Assembly: GCA_016618085.1 (NCBI GenBank)
Contig: JABLTG010000141.1
Location: forward strand, 1 to 54,046
Reading direction: 5' to 3'
Length of the DNA: 54,046 bases
Source: Neovahlkampfia damariscottae
Lineage: Eukaryota
Below, piece by piece: positions 52,008 through 54,046 of the stretch. Both the position numbers and the translations under genes were made by a program. The notes under the pieces were generated by a model that searched no databases, was not told the origin of the DNA, and saw nothing but the letters and a program-made list of their open reading frames with translations. Each line of letters starts with the position of its first letter. Position 1 is the first letter of the stretch.

Positions 52008-52396
52008 TTAAACTGATTCCGTTGCTAATTCGCTGGTATTTTCAATTAGTAACTTTACAAAAATTCCATCATCATTTTCCATGGTTGGCAAAACATAAAC
52101 AAAACTATTGACTGACACAGGTTTTAATCTTAATTCTTCATCGTCATCTAAAAACGGGCTCTGAAGAAAAAAAAAAATTAGTGAGAAAAAAAAACAAACT
52201 TCAAACATATCTCCTGTAAAAGAAGGTCCATTTAATGGATTAAATTTTGTTGGTTCTCTTTTTTGACCAAACCATCTCTTAAAAAAATAAAATCCTTTCA
52301 AAACTATTAAAACACAAAACTATTCAAACCTATTGAGCCAGCTGATAAAAACCAAAATATTTTGTAAACTAAATTCAAAATTGTCTTGTTGTTCAT
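52008..52396 (-). CDS. Small hypothetical protein with N-terminal hydrophobic segment (2 introns)
   Basis: ATG 52396 next to ATTGG boxes; GT-AG introns join the exons. Confidence 0.45.
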
Positions 52397-52457
52397 TCTA
52401 AATTGTGTTGTTTTTTTATTGGTTTGATTTATAACGAAAACTATTGGTTAACAGAAA

Positions 52458-53716
52458 ATGTTGAAGAAGAAATTTGTTGTTGCACTTTTTTTTTGTTTTT
52501 TTTTAAATATAACATGTTTTGAAACACTCAATGTTGAACAATGTACAAACAGCACGTATTCAGCAACAGGAGGATTTTGTTCAGAAAATCAAAACAGACA
52601 CTGTAAAATCTTCAACGTTTGTAAAAATGAAAAATGTGAGGCAGCTAAAATTGGAGATAATTGTGAAATAGATACTGATTGTTATTTAAGTAAAGGCACA
52701 GAACAATCTATAACATGTATTAAAAATAAATGCTCAAAAAGGAGATACAATGGAGAATCTTGTGATTTTAATGAACAAGTAAAAAACTTTTTTTTTAAAA
52801 ATACAAAGTGTTTTGGTGGCAATTGTGCTCAAAATATTTGCAGAGGAAAAGATGTTGGTGAAATTTGTGATCCAAGACAATTAATTGAATGTGATGAAGG
52901 TTTATTTTGCTCCAAGAAAACCAATGCTTGTATTCCAAGAATTGATGAAAATGAAGATTGTCATGATCATGTTGATAGCAACATTAGAAACCCAAGAATG
53001 TTACCAGAAGGTTCTAATTTTATGATCATGTGTAAAGGAGGTTTTATGTGTATGGGAACTACAAAAAAAAGAGAGTGTAGACCATATAGAGGTGGTGGTA
53101 TTGGTACTTATTGTGATTATAGTCTCAATGGACATTACGAATGTGAATTTGGTTTGAGATGTGATAGGTCAGCAAAAAAATGCGTTGAACATTCAGTAAG
53201 ATTAAATTTTGATTTATTATATAGGGATCAAAATTTCCATGCCTGGGTGATAGAAATTGCCTGTCCAACGAAGCATGTGTATGTAAAGGAAATTCTACTG
53301 GAAAATGCACAGCGATTTCAGGATCAAATACAGATTGTGGTTTTCATGACACAGCTCAAGAATGGGTTAAATGTTCAAAAGAACATAATTGTGCATTGGA
53401 CTCAAAAAATACATTCCACACCTGGTTGGTTGATATTTTCAGTCCAAATACTTGTATGGGTAAATTTTGTCGAAATGTTCCAAGAAATACTCTATGCTGC
53501 AGTTTAAAGAATCAAGAATTGAATATTTATTCAGAATATGAACTGAAAGAAATTCAAAAATACTGTGGGGATGTTGGAAGCGATGTTCTTTCAGTGTTAA
53601 TGTTACTTACACTTTTCGGATTAATTGTTGGATCTATTGCTGTAACAATGATAATTATTACCACAGCAATATTATTACACCAAAAAAAGAATAAGTATGA
53701 TGCACTGGGTGGTTGA
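52458..53716 (+). CDS. Cysteine-rich type I membrane (surface) protein (2 introns)
   Basis: Signal peptide, repeated G..C....C..GL.C modules, C-terminal TM and short tail. Confidence 0.85.
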
Positions 53717-53749
53717 TATTTTTCATAAATAAAAATTTATCCAATCACG

Positions 53750-54046
53750 TTGCCTCACTGAATCGGAATATTTGATTTTTCCGTTACAAAGTGACCATTC
53801 GGAATATATATAGATTTTCTAAATTCCGAAAAATTATAAATGGATGGAAAAATCAGAAAAGACGCCAAGAAAACAAATAGAGCAGGCTGATGAGCAATAG
53901 TGATCAATGCAATGAAAAGTATATCACCAGTAAAAAAATCAGAGAACAGTACGGAGTTTGTAATTCAACACTCAAACGATGGGCAAATGAAGGAAAAATT
54001 AGTAGTATCCGAACAATCGGAAACAAAAGGCTCTATGGATGTGATG
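53750..54046 (+). mobile_element. Left end of an IS607-like element (boundary approximate)
   Basis: TCGGAATAT direct repeats at 53763 and 53799, upstream of a TnpA-like ORF. Confidence 0.65.
53890..54046 (+). CDS. tnpA: IS607-family serine recombinase TnpA, N-terminal MerR-like HTH (runs off window)
   Basis: MSNSDQCNEKYITSKKIREQYGVCNSTLKRWANEGKISSIRTIGNKRLY; below the ORF-track length cut-off. Confidence 0.8.
   Translation, partial: MSNSDQCNEKYITSKKIREQYGVCNSTLKRWANEGKISSIRTIGNKRLYGCD

Noticed and set aside
53714..53728. TGA after GG in the Cys-rich gene as Sec
   Set aside because: No redox context and no SECIS-like fold seen; ordinary TGA stops occur elsewhere (16886, 27307).

Overview
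Very AT-rich, gene-dense eukaryotic (protist) DNA with about 35 host genes, tiny GT-AG introns (about 28-45 nt), the standard genetic code and very short intergenic gaps, most of which carry CCAAT boxes. The style and gene content (several RGS/DEP genes, Fanzor2/IS607 elements) suggest a heterolobosean/Discoba amoeba; this is inference. Recognisable genes: actin-like, OMA1, TIM23, SNF2/BRG1, AP-1 sigma, E2, MTFP1, ATM1/ABCB6-type transporter, pyruvate kinase, YjbQ, DnaJA, cyclin L, NOX, SMC1, eEFSec, eEF1B-gamma, APE1. Mobile DNA: a decayed Fanzor2 (TnpB-like) at the left edge, the start of an IS607-type TnpA at the right edge, and an intronless foreign island at about 39.2-44.8 kb (Ty3/gypsy gag-integrase remnant joined to virus-like genes and a Polinton-like end). 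Best candidates for new biology: (1) an Erv2-like sulfhydryl oxidase whose TGA sits where the shuttle cysteines should be and is followed by a SECIS-like hairpin, i.e. a candidate new selenoprotein, with eEFSec in the same window; (2) an NADPH oxidase with an SH3 domain inserted in its NADPH-binding domain; (3) an RGS-DEP-FSP1/AIFM2-like oxidoreductase fusion; (4) a membrane-anchored DNase I homologue with altered metal ligands. All calls come from reading motifs by eye; no searches were run.
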